Shown: positions 1 to 9,983, counted from the stretch's first letter. The stretch: 64,000 bases of DNA from an uncultured Gammaproteobacteria bacterium (GCA_964544585.1 CAZJBV010000001.1:119717-183716), one strand, 5' to 3'. Made by a program: numbers and translations. The notes: generated by a model from the sequence alone, not told the origin.

Positions 1-100
1 AAATTTTTCGTGCTCGCGCGCTCCTCGCAGACTCGGGGGCATGACTGCGCGCGTAAAATTTGGGTTCGCCCTTTTTGCTTATCATCAATTAGCCATTCAA

Positions 101-958
101 TTATACGAACTCTTCAATGAGTTTGGCAATGGTTTGATTTTCTAACTTGGGATGGTTTATAAGTGGGGTTTCTCCTAATTGAACTATTTGGTCCTCGTAA
201 GTCGGCTTTTCTTCTTGGTAAAATATGCCCATGGGGATTTTGTCGGACCATTCCAGAGCTTTTTTGTAAGCTTCTCCCCTATCGTTGGGAATGTAATTTT
301 CGGATAGGTCATAGATATGCTCTCTAAACCATTGATATGTATTTACATGGTTGAACGTGACGCAGGGCTGAAAGACATCAATGTATGAAAAACCCTTGTG
401 TTTTATGCCTGCAATTATTAGTTTGGTAAGATTGGGAATGTCTCCTGCGAATCCGCGAGCAACAAATGTGGCACCTGCGGCAAGGGCAATACTTAACGGA
501 TTGACTGGTACTTCTATTACACCTGCCGGAGTCGACTTGGTTTTGAATCCTTTTTGGGCGGTTGGAGCAGTTTGACCCGTTGTTAGGCCATAAACCTGAT
601 TGTCGTGGACGATCATGGTGATGTCATGGTTTCGCCGGGCGACGTGGACGAGGTGATTTGTGCCTTCACCAAATGTATCACCATCACCGGCCATGACTAA
701 AACGGGGAGTTTGTGGTTTGCCAATTTTACTCCCTCGGCAACGGGAATAGGCCGTCCATGAAGACCCTCTATGGAGTAGGATTTGAGAAAATTGACCAGA
801 TGACCGTGACAGCCGACACCATACACGGCACAGAAGTCTCCTGGAGTCCATCCGAGCTCTGTAATGGCAAGTTTGATTGCTGACCAAATACCAAAATCGC
901 CACAGCCTGGACACCAGTTTGGCTGGCAGGGTGTTTTGAAGTCTGAAAGAGAAGACAT
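101..958 (-). CDS. korB: 2-oxoacid:ferredoxin oxidoreductase beta subunit
   Basis: WCPGCG motif, TPP-binding GDGD...NQVYGLT, QPCVTFN; substrate specificity not determinable. Confidence 0.93.
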   Translation of the reverse strand: MSSLSDFKTPCQPNWCPGCGDFGIWSAIKLAITELGWTPGDFCAVYGVGCHGHLVNFLKSYSIEGLHGRPIPVAEGVKLANHKLPVLVMAGDGDTFGEGTNHLVHVARRNHDITMIVHDNQVYGLTTGQTAPTAQKGFKTKSTPAGVIEVPVNPLSIALAAGATFVARGFAGDIPNLTKLIIAGIKHKGFSYIDVFQPCVTFNHVNTYQWFREHIYDLSENYIPNDRGEAYKKALEWSDKIPMGIFYQEEKPTYEDQIVQLGETPLINHPKLENQTIAKLIEEFV

Positions 959-969
959 AATATGTCTAA

Positions 970-2697
970 TTAGGCTAATTTGGCTAATTTGTTAATAATT
1001 TCTTCCGGATAAAAGGGGCGGCCGTCGTATTTTAATATTTTATCCTTAATTTCTATGCCTGTTTTCATTCTAATCAGGTCGGCCATCTGGCCGTTGTGAT
1101 TTCCTTCGATATCGACGATGCGTTTTCTGGTGGAAAGATAATCTGAAACAAATTTCTTTGGGAATGGATTTATATAATTTAGATGTAAATAATTAGTTCG
1201 TAGTGAGTAGTTTGTAGTTTGTAGTTCTCGAATGGCTTCGAGGACTGGGCCTTTGGTTGAGCCCCAGCCGACAAGAGTTAATTCGGCATCGGGATTGCCG
1301 TAGACAGATGGGTCTGGAATATGATTTTCTGCTTCTTCTAACTTTTTCATTCTCTTTTCAATCATTTTTTTTGTATTTTCTCCGTCCTCGTTTGAATATC
1401 CATGGATATCATGTTCGTCTGAATTTCCTCTGAAGACTCCACCTTTTCTTCCAATTATTCCCCTTGGTGAGATACCGTCTGGTGAAAATTGATACCTGGC
1501 AAAATCGGTCATTTTATTTTGTTCTTCCTCGGTGAGCAATTTGCCGCGGTCAATAGTAATTTTGGCGTAGTCTAAAAAAGGAGTCGAATATCTGGTTTCC
1601 ATCAAAGCTTTGTCAACCAAGACAAAAGTGGGAGTCTGATAACGGTCGGCGAGATTGAGGGCTTCGGCGGTCAAATAAAAAGCTTCTTCGGGATCTCCTG
1701 GGGCAAGAACCAGACGGGGAAATTCTCCCTGGGCGGCATTTAAGATAAAATGGAGATCAGCTTGGGCTGTCCAAGTAGGGAGTCCGGTGGCAGGACCCGG
1801 GCGCATACCCATGATGATGACAACTGGGGTTTCGAGCATGCCGGCCAGGCCGGTTCCTTCGACCATCAGGGAAAAGCCTCCGCCGGCTGTAGCCACCATC
1901 GAGCGAACTCCAGTAAATCCGGCGCCGACGGCCATATTTATTCCAGCAATCTCATCCTCGGGCTGTTTATAAATAAAGCCACCCTTTTCCTGTTTTGCGG
2001 CCATGTATGCAAGAAGACCATTGATTGGAGTCATGGGGTATGCAGCAAAGAATTTTACTCCCCCGGCTATGGCACCCAAGCCTATTGCCTCGGCGCCTGT
2101 AAGGACAAGATTTTTTGGTTTTTCTTTTATTTCAAGTTTTTTTGTAGACTGGCTATTTTTTTGCACATAGTCGTATCCTGCCTGTGCCGCATTGACATTT
2201 TGGGCTACGACTTGTTCGCCTTTTTTGGCAAATTGAGCTGTCAAAATATCGGTAAGATACTCAAGCGGAAGGCCAAATGCGGCGAGGGTAGCGCCTAGGG
2301 CGACGGTATTTCTCATAAGCATTCCAGCACCAACACTTATGGCTATTTTTTTTAGTGGCACGGAGAGAAAATGAATTTGGGATGGATATTTGGTTTTGTC
2401 TATTTGATATTCAACGCCATCGAAGATGACGAGTGCATTTGGAGTCAACTCCCTTATATGAAAATCGATAGTCTCTCTATTTAAGGCAACTAGAATATCT
2501 ACTGGTTGCCATGAGGCGTGGATAGGTTGGTCACTAAATGTAACGGAAATGACATTGTGGCCGCCTCGAATAAGTGAGGGATAATCATTTATTTCATTGA
2601 TATAGTAACCGGCGCGGGAAAGTATCCGAGAAAAGGTCTGGCCTGCAGACATTATCCCGAAACCTGCTTCTCCACCTATTTTCCAGGTCATTCTCAT
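970..2697 (-). CDS. korA: 2-oxoacid:ferredoxin oxidoreductase alpha subunit (gamma-alpha fusion)
   Basis: GGEAGFG, IRGGH, YPMTP, EDEIAG, MRPGPATGLPT motifs. Confidence 0.93.
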   Translation of the reverse strand: MRMTWKIGGEAGFGIMSAGQTFSRILSRAGYYINEINDYPSLIRGGHNVISVTFSDQPIHASWQPVDILVALNRETIDFHIRELTPNALVIFDGVEYQIDKTKYPSQIHFLSVPLKKIAISVGAGMLMRNTVALGATLAAFGLPLEYLTDILTAQFAKKGEQVVAQNVNAAQAGYDYVQKNSQSTKKLEIKEKPKNLVLTGAEAIGLGAIAGGVKFFAAYPMTPINGLLAYMAAKQEKGGFIYKQPEDEIAGINMAVGAGFTGVRSMVATAGGGFSLMVEGTGLAGMLETPVVIIMGMRPGPATGLPTWTAQADLHFILNAAQGEFPRLVLAPGDPEEAFYLTAEALNLADRYQTPTFVLVDKALMETRYSTPFLDYAKITIDRGKLLTEEEQNKMTDFARYQFSPDGISPRGIIGRKGGVFRGNSDEHDIHGYSNEDGENTKKMIEKRMKKLEEAENHIPDPSVYGNPDAELTLVGWGSTKGPVLEAIRELQTTNYSLRTNYLHLNYINPFPKKFVSDYLSTRKRIVDIEGNHNGQMADLIRMKTGIEIKDKILKYDGRPFYPEEIINKLAKLA

Positions 2698-2748
2698 ATG
2701 ATTATTTTGTCGGGAGTCACTTTTAAGTCATTCAAAGTTTTGTTCATT

Positions 2749-3000
2749 TTAGGGAAAGATTTGTTTTCCATTTTCGTCTTTTATGATAATTGCTGCGACC
2801 GGACATGCTTTGGCTGCGTCTAGAATTGTTTCTGATGATTCTTCTTCTGCCGTCGGCAGGAAAATCGCCTTTGCTTCATTATCCAAATTAAATGCCTTTG
2901 GTGCAACTGCGATACAGGAAGCGGCTCCAATACAGAGGTTTCGGTCAATTGCCACGGTCAGCTTCCTTATTTTTTGAGGAGAGGTAGGGTCAAAAGCCAT
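2749..3000 (-). CDS. Ferredoxin (single cluster, 3Fe-4S/4Fe-4S type)
   Basis: CIGAASC...CPVAAI; start moved to ATG at 3000 (MAFDP), just after the sufU stop. Confidence 0.88.
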   Translation of the reverse strand: MAFDPTSPQKIRKLTVAIDRNLCIGAASCIAVAPKAFNLDNEAKAIFLPTAEEESSETILDAAKACPVAAIIIKDENGKQIFP

Positions 3001-3007
3001 TAACTTA

Positions 3008-3379
3008 TTATAACAGGGCCTTATGGAGGACTTCGAGGGGAAGAAGGGCGCATTTGAGGCGGGTGGGGGTGAGTTCGACGCCAAGCATTTGTAAAATATC
3101 GTCTTTGTTTAGCTTTTGCAGATCTTTCGTTGATTTTCCTTTGGCTAGTTCTGTAAGCATTGAAGCAGAGGCCATGGAGATGGCGCAGCCTTCGCCGGAA
3201 AAACGGATATCTTTAATAGTTTGTAGTTTGTAGTGGGTAGTGTGTAGTTTGAGAAATATTTTGAATTTGTCACCACAAAGAGGATTTTCCTCCTCTGCCT
3301 TTTTATCATGATTTTCCAACTCACCAAAATTTCTGGGATTTCTATAGTGGTCAAGGATATTTTCTCTGTATAAATCCAT
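3008..3379 (-). CDS. sufU: Fe-S scaffold/sulfur transfer protein, SufU/IscU family
   Basis: LDHYRNPRNFG, NPLCGD, GCAIS.AS.S, RLKCA. Confidence 0.92.
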   Translation of the reverse strand: MDLYRENILDHYRNPRNFGELENHDKKAEEENPLCGDKFKIFLKLHTTHYKLQTIKDIRFSGEGCAISMASASMLTELAKGKSTKDLQKLNKDDILQMLGVELTPTRLKCALLPLEVLHKALL

Positions 3380-3404
3380 ATATGGAAATTTTAAATTTTT
3401 AATT

Positions 3405-4637
3405 TTAAATTTTAAATATCTTTTTTACTTTAAAGAGGCCTGCAACTAGTTTATCGACGTCTTCCTTTACATTATATATATAGAAAGAGGCACGGGATGT
3501 GGCGCCTAAGCCCAAGCGGATATGGAGAGGCATGGCGCAGTGGTGGCCTGATCTAATGCAAATGTTATCTTGGTTTAATATTTCTGCTATGTCGTGGGGA
3601 TGCAGACCTTTTATGGAAAATGCTACTACCCCACCTTTTATTTCAGGATCTTTTGGACCATAAATAGTCAATCCGGGAATTTCAGATAGTCTTTTTAGGG
3701 CGTATGATACGAGTTCTTTTTCGTGGGCACGAACGGCGTCTAACCCCAATGACGAGAGGTAATCGACTGCCGCACCTAGACCTATGGCTCCGGCGATATG
3801 GGGGGTACCGGCTTCGAATTTATGAGGAGGTTTTTTATAGATAGTATGATCAAGATGAACTTCTCTTATCATCTCTCCGCCCATCTGAAAGGGAACCATG
3901 GCATCAAGCAGATCGAATTTTCCCCAAAGAACTCCTGTGCCTGTCGGACCGAGCATTTTGTGGCCGGAGAAGACGAGAAAATCACAGCCAATTTCTTTGA
4001 CATTTACCGGCATGTGAGGGACGGATTGAGCAGCGTCGATAATGACTTTGATATCTTTGTTTCTTTTTTTGGCAATTTTTATGATTTCTTTAATAGGATT
4101 TATGGTTCCGAGAACATTGGATACGTGAGTGAGAGTAAGAATCTTAGTTTTGGGAGTGATTAGTTTATCTAAATTTTGCAAATTTAATTTATATTCATCA
4201 TTTATGTCGATGTACTTTAGGACTGATCCTGTTTCTGAGGACAACTCCTGCCAGGGAACAATATTGGCGTGATGTTCCATGACTGTGGAAATAATTTCAT
4301 CACCCTCTTCGATATTTAGTCTCCCCCAAGAATAGACAATAAGATTGATGGCTTCGGTGGCATTTCTGACGAATATGACTTCGTTTGGATTTTGGGCGCC
4401 AATAAATGTGGCGACTTTTTGCCGAGCCTGTTCATATTTTTCCGTTGCTTCTTCTGATAGAGTATAAAGACCGCGAAAGATATTGACTGAATACTGGGTG
4501 TAGTATTCGTTTATAGAATCGATAACTTTTTGAGGTTTTAATGAAGTAGCTGTTGAATCGAGATAGATGATAGGCTTGTTGTTTATTAGCCTTTTAAAGA
4601 TGGGAAAATCCACTTTGATTTGGGAATTAAATAACAT
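3405..4637 (-). CDS. sufS: Cysteine desulfurase, group II
   Basis: YLDSTAT, SGHKMLGPTG, RSGHHCA; start moved to MLFNSQIK. Confidence 0.95.
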   Translation of the reverse strand: MLFNSQIKVDFPIFKRLINNKPIIYLDSTATSLKPQKVIDSINEYYTQYSVNIFRGLYTLSEEATEKYEQARQKVATFIGAQNPNEVIFVRNATEAINLIVYSWGRLNIEEGDEIISTVMEHHANIVPWQELSSETGSVLKYIDINDEYKLNLQNLDKLITPKTKILTLTHVSNVLGTINPIKEIIKIAKKRNKDIKVIIDAAQSVPHMPVNVKEIGCDFLVFSGHKMLGPTGTGVLWGKFDLLDAMVPFQMGGEMIREVHLDHTIYKKPPHKFEAGTPHIAGAIGLGAAVDYLSSLGLDAVRAHEKELVSYALKRLSEIPGLTIYGPKDPEIKGGVVAFSIKGLHPHDIAEILNQDNICIRSGHHCAMPLHIRLGLGATSRASFYIYNVKEDVDKLVAGLFKVKKIFKI

Positions 4638-4638
4638 T

Positions 4639-4947
4639 CTAAATCTCCACCAGTATATCATCCCCTTCAAGTTTGACGGGATAAATATTGATGGGAGATG
4701 GAGCTGGGGGTGAAAGCACCTTGCCGGTTGAAATATCAAACTGGGCTCCGTGACAGTAACATGTCAGAGTATATCCATCAAGGAAGCCGCCGGCCAAGGC
4801 GCAATGTTCGTGGGTACAAATACCATCAAAGGCAAAATAGTCGCCGTCGGTATTGGCAACGACAATAGTTTTGCCGTTTACATTATATTCGCGCATTTTG
4901 CCGGAGGGAAGGTCGGATTTTATAGCTACTTTGGTATACTCGGGCAT
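4639..4947 (-). CDS. Rieske-type 2Fe-2S ferredoxin
   Basis: CTHEHC and CYCHGAQFD motifs, inside suf operon. Confidence 0.9.
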   Translation of the reverse strand: MPEYTKVAIKSDLPSGKMREYNVNGKTIVVANTDGDYFAFDGICTHEHCALAGGFLDGYTLTCYCHGAQFDISTGKVLSPPAPSPINIYPVKLEGDDILVEI

Positions 4948-4950
4948 AGA

Positions 4951-5577
4951 TTAATTTTTCAATAATTGATCTATTTTATACTCTATTTTTTTTTCTAGAT
5001 CAATTTTAATATTTACATCTGTCACTTTGTTGACGACTTCTTGAAGGAAGCCTTTTATAATCAGCTTTTCGGCAAGTTTTCTTTCAAGGCCTCGTGTGGC
5101 TAAGTAAAATATTTCTTCCTCATTTATTTTTCCGATTGTGGCGCCGTGAGTGCAACGGACGTCATTGGCGAGGATTTCCAATTTGGGCCTCGAGTCGGCC
5201 CAAGCACTTTTCCCTATTAGTAAATTTTGATTTTTTTGATAGGCGTTGCTTTTTTGGGCGTCTTTTTCGATTTTAATGAGTCCTTCGTATGCCAGTCTTG
5301 CTTCATCAAAGAGGACCGACTTAATAAGGAGATCGCTGACGCTTTCTTTTTTTATATGATCCTGGAATGTATACAGTTTAATTTGTTGTTTTCCGGAACC
5401 GATAATTGTTCCTAAAATCTGGACATTGGAATTTGAGCCATCTATGTAGATTTTAACAGCGCCTTCTTGATTGTTATTATCAGTTAAAATAATAAAAATA
5501 ATTTTATCCTCGCCGGATTTGACGTAAAGTTCTTCTTCTTTTTGCAGTCGGTCAATAATAGAAATAGAATTTTTCAT
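4951..5577 (-). CDS. sufD: SufD-family Fe-S assembly protein (short form)
   Basis: PKLEILANDVRCTHGATIG, FYLATRG; start moved to MKNSIS. Confidence 0.88.
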   Translation of the reverse strand: MKNSISIIDRLQKEEELYVKSGEDKIIFIILTDNNNQEGAVKIYIDGSNSNVQILGTIIGSGKQQIKLYTFQDHIKKESVSDLLIKSVLFDEARLAYEGLIKIEKDAQKSNAYQKNQNLLIGKSAWADSRPKLEILANDVRCTHGATIGKINEEEIFYLATRGLERKLAEKLIIKGFLQEVVNKVTDVNIKIDLEKKIEYKIDQLLKN

Positions 5578-5594
5578 CAACCTACGCTGCCTTC

Positions 5595-5658
5595 CCCCGT
5601 ACAATGCTTTCCGTTCGCGAGGGCTACGTCCTCGCCTCACGGTGGCGCATATACGGGG
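5595..5658 (-). repeat. Structured repeat CCCGTATA...TGTACGGG, copy 1
   Basis: Nested hairpin, homologous to 32607-32675 with compensatory changes. Confidence 0.75.
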
Positions 5659-5687
5659 CTTCGAGCCGCAAAGCGGCTCTCGCATTT

Positions 5688-8102
5688 CTAACCTACGCTC
5701 CCTTCCATTTCCAGTTGAATAAGTCTATTTAGTTCGACTGCGTATTCGAGGGGGAGTTGTTTGACGATGGGTTCTATAAATCCATTGACGACCATGGCTT
5801 CGGCGTCTGGTTTGTTGATACCGCGACTCATGAGGTAAAATAATTGGTCATCGCCAATCTTTGAGACTGTTGCTTCGTGTTCGATGCGACAATCATTGTG
5901 TTTTATATCCATTGTCGGATATGTATCTGATCTAGACTCATCATCTATCAACAAGGCGTCGCAGACGACTTTGGATTTGGCGCCAATTGCACTTTGAAAA
6001 ACCTGAAGAAGTCCTCTATATGATGTCCTTCCTCCACCGTGACTGACCGATTTGGAAGTAATCTTCGAAGAAGTATATGGAGCAAAGTGAATGGCTTTTC
6101 CGCCTGCATCCTGGTGCTGGCCGGGTCCGGCATAGGCAACTGATAGCACCTCTCCTCGAGCTCCTTTGCCCATTAAATAGACGCTGGGGTACTTCATAGT
6201 AAGCTTGGAATTGTGAACTAAAATACCATTTGCAATAAAATTCCCTTTATCAACTTCTATATCAAATGTCTCTTTTGATCCTTGGGGTACAATGCTATTT
6301 ACTCGGACAAACTGAATTGTTGAATCTTTTTTATCATCTCCAAAATATAAGAAATGATGTTTATAAACTTTTTCTTCTATACCAAGTGGTTTTCTCTCTC
6401 TCCTTGTCCAAAGCGAAATTTTCCTTGGAGAAAATTTATCGGTTATGTAACTTAGGTCTTTGACTTGTTGTAATAATTTCTTATTTACCGATGTTATAGA
6501 TATATTTCTATGATTATCACGTCTATATCCATCTGCATCGATATAACCCTCGATGAATGATGTTATTTGGGATTTTGGTAATGTGTAGATCCATTCAGGA
6601 ACTTCTTTGTCTTGCGCTTTTCCTTTGAATCCAAGCTTTACCAAAAAATCAACAAATTTTGTGGAAGCATAACGAACAATATTTCTTTTTATTTCGGGTT
6701 TAAGTCCAAAAAGCTTATTTATTGTTTCAATAACCTTTTTAAAGCTTTTATCACTTTGTGGAACAGCTATATATACTCTTGTTTTGTCCATACATCCATC
6801 ACCAATGTAAAAACCTAGAAGCCATAGCAATTCTTCGCTGCTTATTTCCGGATAGAAAAACTCCTTTTTACCACGTTTGGGGTTAAAATGTATGGGATAA
6901 TTTTTTCCTACCCATGGAAGTTTTCCTGATACTGCAATTAAATCTCCAACTTTTATTTTATCTAAAGGCATCCAATTGAAGTAAGAAATTTTTCCTTTCT
7001 TTTTTAAGACAAGAAAAGGATGATTTGCAGTTGCTTCTACTTCACGAAAATCTTCTGTTGTGATTTTGAAAACTGGAAGGGGGGGATTTTTAACTTTAGC
7101 TAACAATTTGGCTCTTGTTAAGGTAAATTCTGGAGTCATCGAGTATAAATAGTCGCCCGGTCGAATGTCTTTAATGGAAAGAACATGATCATTTGCTATT
7201 ATTTTCGCATCCTCTGTTAAACATCCTAAATTACCGTCGATCCACTCGCCAATTCCCTCTTCTTCGACTCGCATTCTTTTGGTGACGAGATTGTAAACAT
7301 TGGTCGACCAGTTTTGAATGGTGGTATATCTGACTCGTGCTCCTTTTTTGACAAAAATTTCAACAACAGCGGCGTGAAGTGAATCTGTGGTATAAACGGG
7401 AGCGGTGCATCCTTCGACATAATGAACGAAACTACCCTCGTCGGCGATTATTAATGTTCTTTCAAACTGACCCATATTGGCGGCGTTGATACGAAAATAA
7501 GCTTGTAGAGGAAGTTCCACATTGACACCTTTGGGAACGTATATAAATGATCCGCCACTCCAAGTAGCCGAATTTAAAGCGGCGAATTTATTGTCATGTG
7601 GTGGAATGATTGTGCTAAAATATTCTTTGACCAAATCCGGATACTCACGAAGTCCTGAGTCCATATCCAAGAATACTACTCCTTTTTTGCCGAGAGTTTT
7701 TTGGATGCTTTTATATACGACTTCTGACTCATATTGAGCTGAAACACCGCCAAGATATTTTTTTTCTGCTTCTGGAATGCCAATTCGGTCGTAGGTTCGG
7801 CGAATTTCAATAGGTAAATCCTTCCAACTTCTAGCTTTTTTTTCTGTGGGTTTTATATAGTAATAAATGTTGTCGAAATTGATTTTGGAAAGATCTCCGC
7901 CCCAAGCAGGGAGTGTTTTTTTATAAAAGATGTCTAGAGCATCATGGCGAAATTTTCTCATCCAATCCGGTTCATTTTTGTGGTATGAGATTTCATCTAT
8001 CACTAAATGAGAAAGTCCTTTTTTAGACTTGAATGAATAGCGTTCGGCCTCGTGAAAGCCTAGAGGGTAGGAATCGTTAATTGCTATTTGTGATGTGGGC
8101 AT
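5688..8102 (-). CDS. sufB: Fe-S assembly protein SufB, intein-containing
   Basis: AQYESE, GQFERTLI, YVEGCTAP, KLTMKYPS, EMEGSVG C-terminus; about 338 aa insert. Confidence 0.96.
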   Translation of the reverse strand: MPTSQIAINDSYPLGFHEAERYSFKSKKGLSHLVIDEISYHKNEPDWMRKFRHDALDIFYKKTLPAWGGDLSKINFDNIYYYIKPTEKKARSWKDLPIEIRRTYDRIGIPEAEKKYLGGVSAQYESEVVYKSIQKTLGKKGVVFLDMDSGLREYPDLVKEYFSTIIPPHDNKFAALNSATWSGGSFIYVPKGVNVELPLQAYFRINAANMGQFERTLIIADEGSFVHYVEGCTAPVYTTDSLHAAVVEIFVKKGARVRYTTIQNWSTNVYNLVTKRMRVEEEGIGEWIDGNLGCLTEDAKIIANDHVLSIKDIRPGDYLYSMTPEFTLTRAKLLAKVKNPPLPVFKITTEDFREVEATANHPFLVLKKKGKISYFNWMPLDKIKVGDLIAVSGKLPWVGKNYPIHFNPKRGKKEFFYPEISSEELLWLLGFYIGDGCMDKTRVYIAVPQSDKSFKKVIETINKLFGLKPEIKRNIVRYASTKFVDFLVKLGFKGKAQDKEVPEWIYTLPKSQITSFIEGYIDADGYRRDNHRNISITSVNKKLLQQVKDLSYITDKFSPRKISLWTRRERKPLGIEEKVYKHHFLYFGDDKKDSTIQFVRVNSIVPQGSKETFDIEVDKGNFIANGILVHNSKLTMKYPSVYLMGKGARGEVLSVAYAGPGQHQDAGGKAIHFAPYTSSKITSKSVSHGGGRTSYRGLLQVFQSAIGAKSKVVCDALLIDDESRSDTYPTMDIKHNDCRIEHEATVSKIGDDQLFYLMSRGINKPDAEAMVVNGFIEPIVKQLPLEYAVELNRLIQLEMEGSVG
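6210..7223 (-). mobile_element. Intein with LAGLIDADG homing endonuclease in SufB
   Basis: GNLG|CLTEDAKI ... ATANHPF ... LLGFYIGDG ... FIEGYIDADG ... ILVHN|SKL; AT-rich compared with the exteins. Confidence 0.95.
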
Positions 8103-8874
8103 AGCCTTTTTCCTCCAATTCTTGGGCTAATTTTGGTCCTCCGGTTTTGACTATTTTACCATTAATTAAAATGTGGACAATATTGGGAGTAATATATTTT
8201 AAAATTCTTTGGTAATGAGTGATCATTAGTACTCCTGTACCATTTTTTTTCAATATATTTATACCCTGGGCGACGATTTTGAGAGCGTCGATATCAAGGC
8301 CGGTGTCGATCTCGTCAAAAATGACAAACTTTGGTTTCAATACCAATGCCTGTAGCATCTCAAGCTTTTTTTTCTCTCCTCCGGAAAAACTTTCATTTAT
8401 AGAACGGCGTAAGAATTCGTGAGGGATATGAAGTAAATCAGCTTTTTTTGCCAATTCTTCGTTGAATTTCCAAACTGTTTGCAAGGCAGGATTAGCGATG
8501 GTCTTTGGTCTTTGGTCTTTGGTCTTTGGTCCATGGAGAGATTCAAATGCATTTTTTAATAAATTGGCAACGGTGACACCTGGGACAGGGATGGGGTTTT
8601 GGAATGCTAAGAACAAGCCAGCCCTGGCACGCTTATCTGGAGAAAGATTTCTCATGTCCGTCTTGTCAATTTGAAATTTGATCCCGATTGAATCGGGATG
8701 AAATTTATAGGAGGGGTGTCCCATGAGAGCCTGAGCAAGGGTTGACTTTCCAGAACCATTGGGACCCATCAGGGCATGGACCTCTCCAGACTTTATTTGT
8801 AGCGATATGCCTTTCAAAATCTCTTTTTTTTCTAAGTAAACATGAAGATTCTCAATAGTTAGAGTGTGCTTCAT
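8077..8874 (-). CDS. sufC: Fe-S assembly ATPase SufC
   Basis: GPNGSGKST, FSGGEKK, DEIDTGLDIDAL, ITHYQRIL; start MKHTLTI. Confidence 0.95.
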   Translation of the reverse strand: MKHTLTIENLHVYLEKKEILKGISLQIKSGEVHALMGPNGSGKSTLAQALMGHPSYKFHPDSIGIKFQIDKTDMRNLSPDKRARAGLFLAFQNPIPVPGVTVANLLKNAFESLHGPKTKDQRPKTIANPALQTVWKFNEELAKKADLLHIPHEFLRRSINESFSGGEKKKLEMLQALVLKPKFVIFDEIDTGLDIDALKIVAQGINILKKNGTGVLMITHYQRILKYITPNIVHILINGKIVKTGGPKLAQELEEKGYAHITNSN

Positions 8875-9440
8875 ATCGGTAATGTTAAGTCGACGGAAGT
8901 AAAACTTTTCCCTCGGGTGGCCCAATCGACTTTTATTTCTCGCCTTCCTTTGGCATCGAGGAAATACAAAGCGCCATATTTTTTGCCGTATTCGTAAAGA
9001 CTCCTGGTGATTTTAACATCTGAAAGGCAATATTGGCAAAGAGCGTCCCACTCTCCTTTTTTGAAGTACTCAATGGCTTTTAGTCCATGACCCTGCTTTT
9101 TTGTTCCAATTGTGGCTTTCGCAAGATCATCGAGGGCAACTCTAAAGCCGAGAGCTTTTTGGGCATCTTCGATAATATCAAGAACGGGAAATTTGAAAAT
9201 ATTACCGAGATAGTAAGGGGCAAGAACTTCGAGATCAAATTTGCGAATATTGAATCCGACTAAAAGTGAAGCGTGCTCTAATTTTTTAAAGAGATAGATT
9301 AAATCTTTTTCCAGATATGTTTCAAACTTGTTTGTGGCATAATCATAAATTCCCACAACTGAAACTTTGAGTTTTCTGTGGTCGTAGCCTACATCGGTAA
9401 AGAGATTTTGTGTTTCTAAATCAAGAACTATTGGGTGCAT
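8871..9440 (-). CDS. RNase H-like 3'-5' exonuclease (YprB/RNase_H_2 type)
   Basis: DLET, GFN..FD, YC..DV DEDD-type motifs. Confidence 0.8.
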   Translation of the reverse strand: MHPIVLDLETQNLFTDVGYDHRKLKVSVVGIYDYATNKFETYLEKDLIYLFKKLEHASLLVGFNIRKFDLEVLAPYYLGNIFKFPVLDIIEDAQKALGFRVALDDLAKATIGTKKQGHGLKAIEYFKKGEWDALCQYCLSDVKITRSLYEYGKKYGALYFLDAKGRREIKVDWATRGKSFTSVDLTLPI

Positions 9441-9446
9441 AGAAGT

Positions 9447-9983
9447 TTAGAACTTAAATTTTTGCAGAGCGATTTTGAGCCAGGGAGTATATTGATCAGG
9501 TTTTGCCTCTATATTTTTTTTCAGATCTTCAATTTTTACTTGTTGTGTCTGGGTAATTTCAACAGGATTGGGATGAATGACTTTATCAGTTTTCCCAACT
9601 AAAACATGGCAGTATTCATTTTCGCAACTTTGGCCATATTTGGCGAAATAATAAAACGCACCTAAATCTTTAAATTCAACTTCGACGCCTAATTCTTCTA
9701 ACCCACGTCGTTTGGCTGCACTTGTGACTGTCTCGCCTGGAAGGACATGACTAACTACTGATGCATCCCAAAATTTATTCCACAATGATTTTTTATCGCT
9801 TCTTTTTTGTAGAAAAATAAAGTCTTCCTCTGTGTAAAGTAAGGCTAGAAAGGCCAAATGGGGAATACCTTTTTCGAAATGGCATTGCCTGCGGGTGGCA
9901 GTGCCAATTATTCTGCCAATAGTATCAGTCGTTTGAAGAAGTTGATTTTCTCTTTCTCCTCTTAAATCATGAATATTATCCAT
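9447..9983 (-). CDS. idi: Isopentenyl-diphosphate delta-isomerase type 1 (Nudix fold)
   Basis: H.AF, LQKRS..K, SHVLPGE, EELG, ENEYCHV, PNPVE, YTPWL. Confidence 0.78.
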   Translation of the reverse strand: MDNIHDLRGERENQLLQTTDTIGRIIGTATRRQCHFEKGIPHLAFLALLYTEEDFIFLQKRSDKKSLWNKFWDASVVSHVLPGETVTSAAKRRGLEELGVEVEFKDLGAFYYFAKYGQSCENEYCHVLVGKTDKVIHPNPVEITQTQQVKIEDLKKNIEAKPDQYTPWLKIALQKFKF

